From sequence record NC_028863.1: a DNA stretch of 40,477 bases, one strand, 5' to 3'. The DNA comes from Escherichia phage P694. The position numbers and the translations under genes are program-made. Of the stretch, positions 38,693 to 40,477 are shown piece after piece. The notes under the pieces are model-generated. The model did no database searches and was not told the DNA's origin. It saw only the letters and a program-made list of their open reading frames with translations. Numbering within the stretch: the first letter of the stretch is position 1; the number at the start of each line of letters is the position of its first letter.

Positions 38693-40420
38693 ATGGCTCT
38701 TAAAATTCGTACCGTAATGACTTACCCGCTGAATGGCTCTACTGTGGACTTCGGTATCACGTTTGAGTATCTAGCGCGTAAGTTCGTTTCGGTGACTCTT
38801 ATTGGTAAAGACCGCAAAGAGTTGGTCTTGAATCAGGACTTCCGGTTTACCACTAAGACTCAAATCACAACCACTCGTGCGTGGAGTCCATCTGATGGAT
38901 ACACCATGATTGAGATTCGTCGTTACACCTCCGTTACCGACCGTCTGGTGGACTTTGCTGATGGTTCTATCCTCCGTGCTTATGACCTGAACATTGCTCA
39001 AATCCAGACACTTCACGTTGCTGAAGAGGCTCGTGATTTAACAGCGGATACGATTGGCGTTAACAACGATGGGAACCTAGATGCGCGTGGTCGCCGCATT
39101 GTGAACCTAGCGAATGCTGTAGAGGATGGTGATGCTATCAATCTTGGTCAGGTAAAGGGCTGGAATGAATCAGCATGGAACTCTAAGAATGAAGCGGCAA
39201 CATCTGCCAACTGGTCTGCTCGCTGGGCGCAAGGTGAAGGTGTCATCGCTGATGGTCGCTACTCTTCCCGCCAATACAACGAATGGGCGATGGCTATTCA
39301 GAAGGATGTAGAGCGTATGCGTGGCCTTGTGGCTGCTGACGCTAAGTGGGCAGATGAGTCTGTCAACAAGGCAAAGAACTCCGAGAACGCTGCTGCCGCG
39401 TCTGCTACTGCTGCTTCTGGTGATGCTCGCTGGGCTAACGAATCGGCACAGAAGGCAAAGACATCTGAGACCAACGCGAAGGCTTCCGAAGAAAGGGCAA
39501 TCCTTGAGGCGAACAAGCTGGAGAACAACAATGCACTAGCGGCCTCTATCCGTGGAATCACTGGTAACGACGTTAAGTGGAAGGGTTCTCACCAGTTTAC
39601 TAACGGTGTCTCTATTGTTCGTGCTGACAACTTAGAGCACGTTTGGCGGCAGGGCTTATGGGCTGAAGGTAATGCGCTTCACTCCGACTTTGTTACCGAG
39701 CTTCCGGGTGGAGAGTTTGGTTCTGGTGCTTTCACTCATATGCACTTCGTATATCCAGTATCAGGGGTTCCTACTCTTGACATGTACCCACACACAACGT
39801 TCAACTCCAAGGTCGTAACAAAGTCGATGATTGATTCACAGGCTAACTTCTCTGGTGCGCACTCTGACCAGTACAACGACTATGCCCCACTGTGGCAACA
39901 GGTTCGTGCTTCGAGTGGTAATGAGTTCTTCCCGTTAATCAAACAGCGTTCCTATCAGGCTGGGGCTGATGCTCGCTCTTGGACTATGGGTATTCTATTG
40001 GATAACAACAGAATCGCGCAGTGGAACCTACTGACGACTAACGAGGGAGGTGTTGCAAATGCGTCCTATACGTGGACTCGTGATGGGGACTTTAATGCTC
40101 CTCGTCAGGTAGTCTCTGGCTCTTTCAGAACACATGGTGGTAGTGTATTAGGTGGCGATGGTAACATCACAGGCAGTGCATTCGGGCCTCAGAACAACAT
40201 TGCGGATTGGATTCGTGCCAACTTCCCCGGTGACATCTGGCTCGCCAACCCTGAGTGGTATCCCCACAATGGTAGCTATCAAGAACTTACTGTAGGCTCC
40301 GGTCACGTATGTACTGGTATCGTTCTGAACACTGGTGGCGTGTGCTCTGGTATGCAACACCGGGGTATGTGGATTGGGTATCACAACGGCGCGCAACGTC
40401 AGGTTGCCTCTATTGGATAA
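38693..40420 (+). CDS. 17: Tail fibre protein with conserved N-terminal tail-attachment domain and divergent C-terminal receptor-binding region
   Basis: 575 aa; residues 1 to about 150 closely match T7 gp17 (FEYLARKFV.VTLIG.DRK, RLVDFADGSILRAYDLN.AQIQT.HVAEEARDLT.DTIGVNNDG.LDARGRRIVNLANAV); the C-terminal half does not match T7 as I recall it. Confidence 0.93.
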   Translation: MALKIRTVMTYPLNGSTVDFGITFEYLARKFVSVTLIGKDRKELVLNQDFRFTTKTQITTTRAWSPSDGYTMIEIRRYTSVTDRLVDFADGSILRAYDLNIAQIQTLHVAEEARDLTADTIGVNNDGNLDARGRRIVNLANAVEDGDAINLGQVKGWNESAWNSKNEAATSANWSARWAQGEGVIADGRYSSRQYNEWAMAIQKDVERMRGLVAADAKWADESVNKAKNSENAAAASATAASGDARWANESAQKAKTSETNAKASEERAILEANKLENNNALAASIRGITGNDVKWKGSHQFTNGVSIVRADNLEHVWRQGLWAEGNALHSDFVTELPGGEFGSGAFTHMHFVYPVSGVPTLDMYPHTTFNSKVVTKSMIDSQANFSGAHSDQYNDYAPLWQQVRASSGNEFFPLIKQRSYQAGADARSWTMGILLDNNRIAQWNLLTTNEGGVANASYTWTRDGDFNAPRQVVSGSFRTHGGSVLGGDGNITGSAFGPQNNIADWIRANFPGDIWLANPEWYPHNGSYQELTVGSGHVCTGIVLNTGGVCSGMQHRGMWIGYHNGAQRQVASIG

Positions 40421-40432
40421 GGAGACATTATT

Positions 40433-40477
40433 ATGAAGATTTACAAAGGATGGAAGTACACTGTGGTTACTGATAAG
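40433..40477 (+). CDS. 5' end of the 125-aa post-fibre ORF (duplicate of 185..229; truncated by the window end)
   Basis: Identical to 185..229. Confidence 0.6.
   Translation, partial: MKIYKGWKYTVVTDK

Overview
This window is a complete genome of a T7-like podophage (T7/T3 gene order, single-subunit RNA polymerase, all genes on the + strand), presented as a circular permutation. Positions 1..229 are an exact repeat of 40249..40477, so the unit length is 40,248 bp; the window starts inside the 3' end of the tail-fibre gene and wraps through the lysis/terminase genes, the concatemer junction, the early region, replication genes and structural genes back to gene 17. Protein identities are from my recollection of T7/T3 reference proteins and from sequence features read directly (RBS, overlaps, motifs); no database search was run. 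Most notable: (1) a T3-type SAM hydrolase and a T7-type Ocr encoded in tandem, each behind its own RNase III-type hairpin; (2) a tandem, mosaic duplication of the promoter-gene 1.1-gene 1.2 module; (3) an extra 125-aa ORF between the tail fibre and the holin, with a diverged tail-fibre tip; (4) an in-frame N-terminal duplication in gene 1.7; (5) no room for the T7 HNH-endonuclease genes (3.8, 5.3, 7.7). I annotate 17 phage-promoter-like sites (core ...GACTCACTATTGGGAG, differing from T7 at -1), four candidate host promoters, seven RNase III-like sites, two terminators and a conserved gene-10 -1 frameshift.
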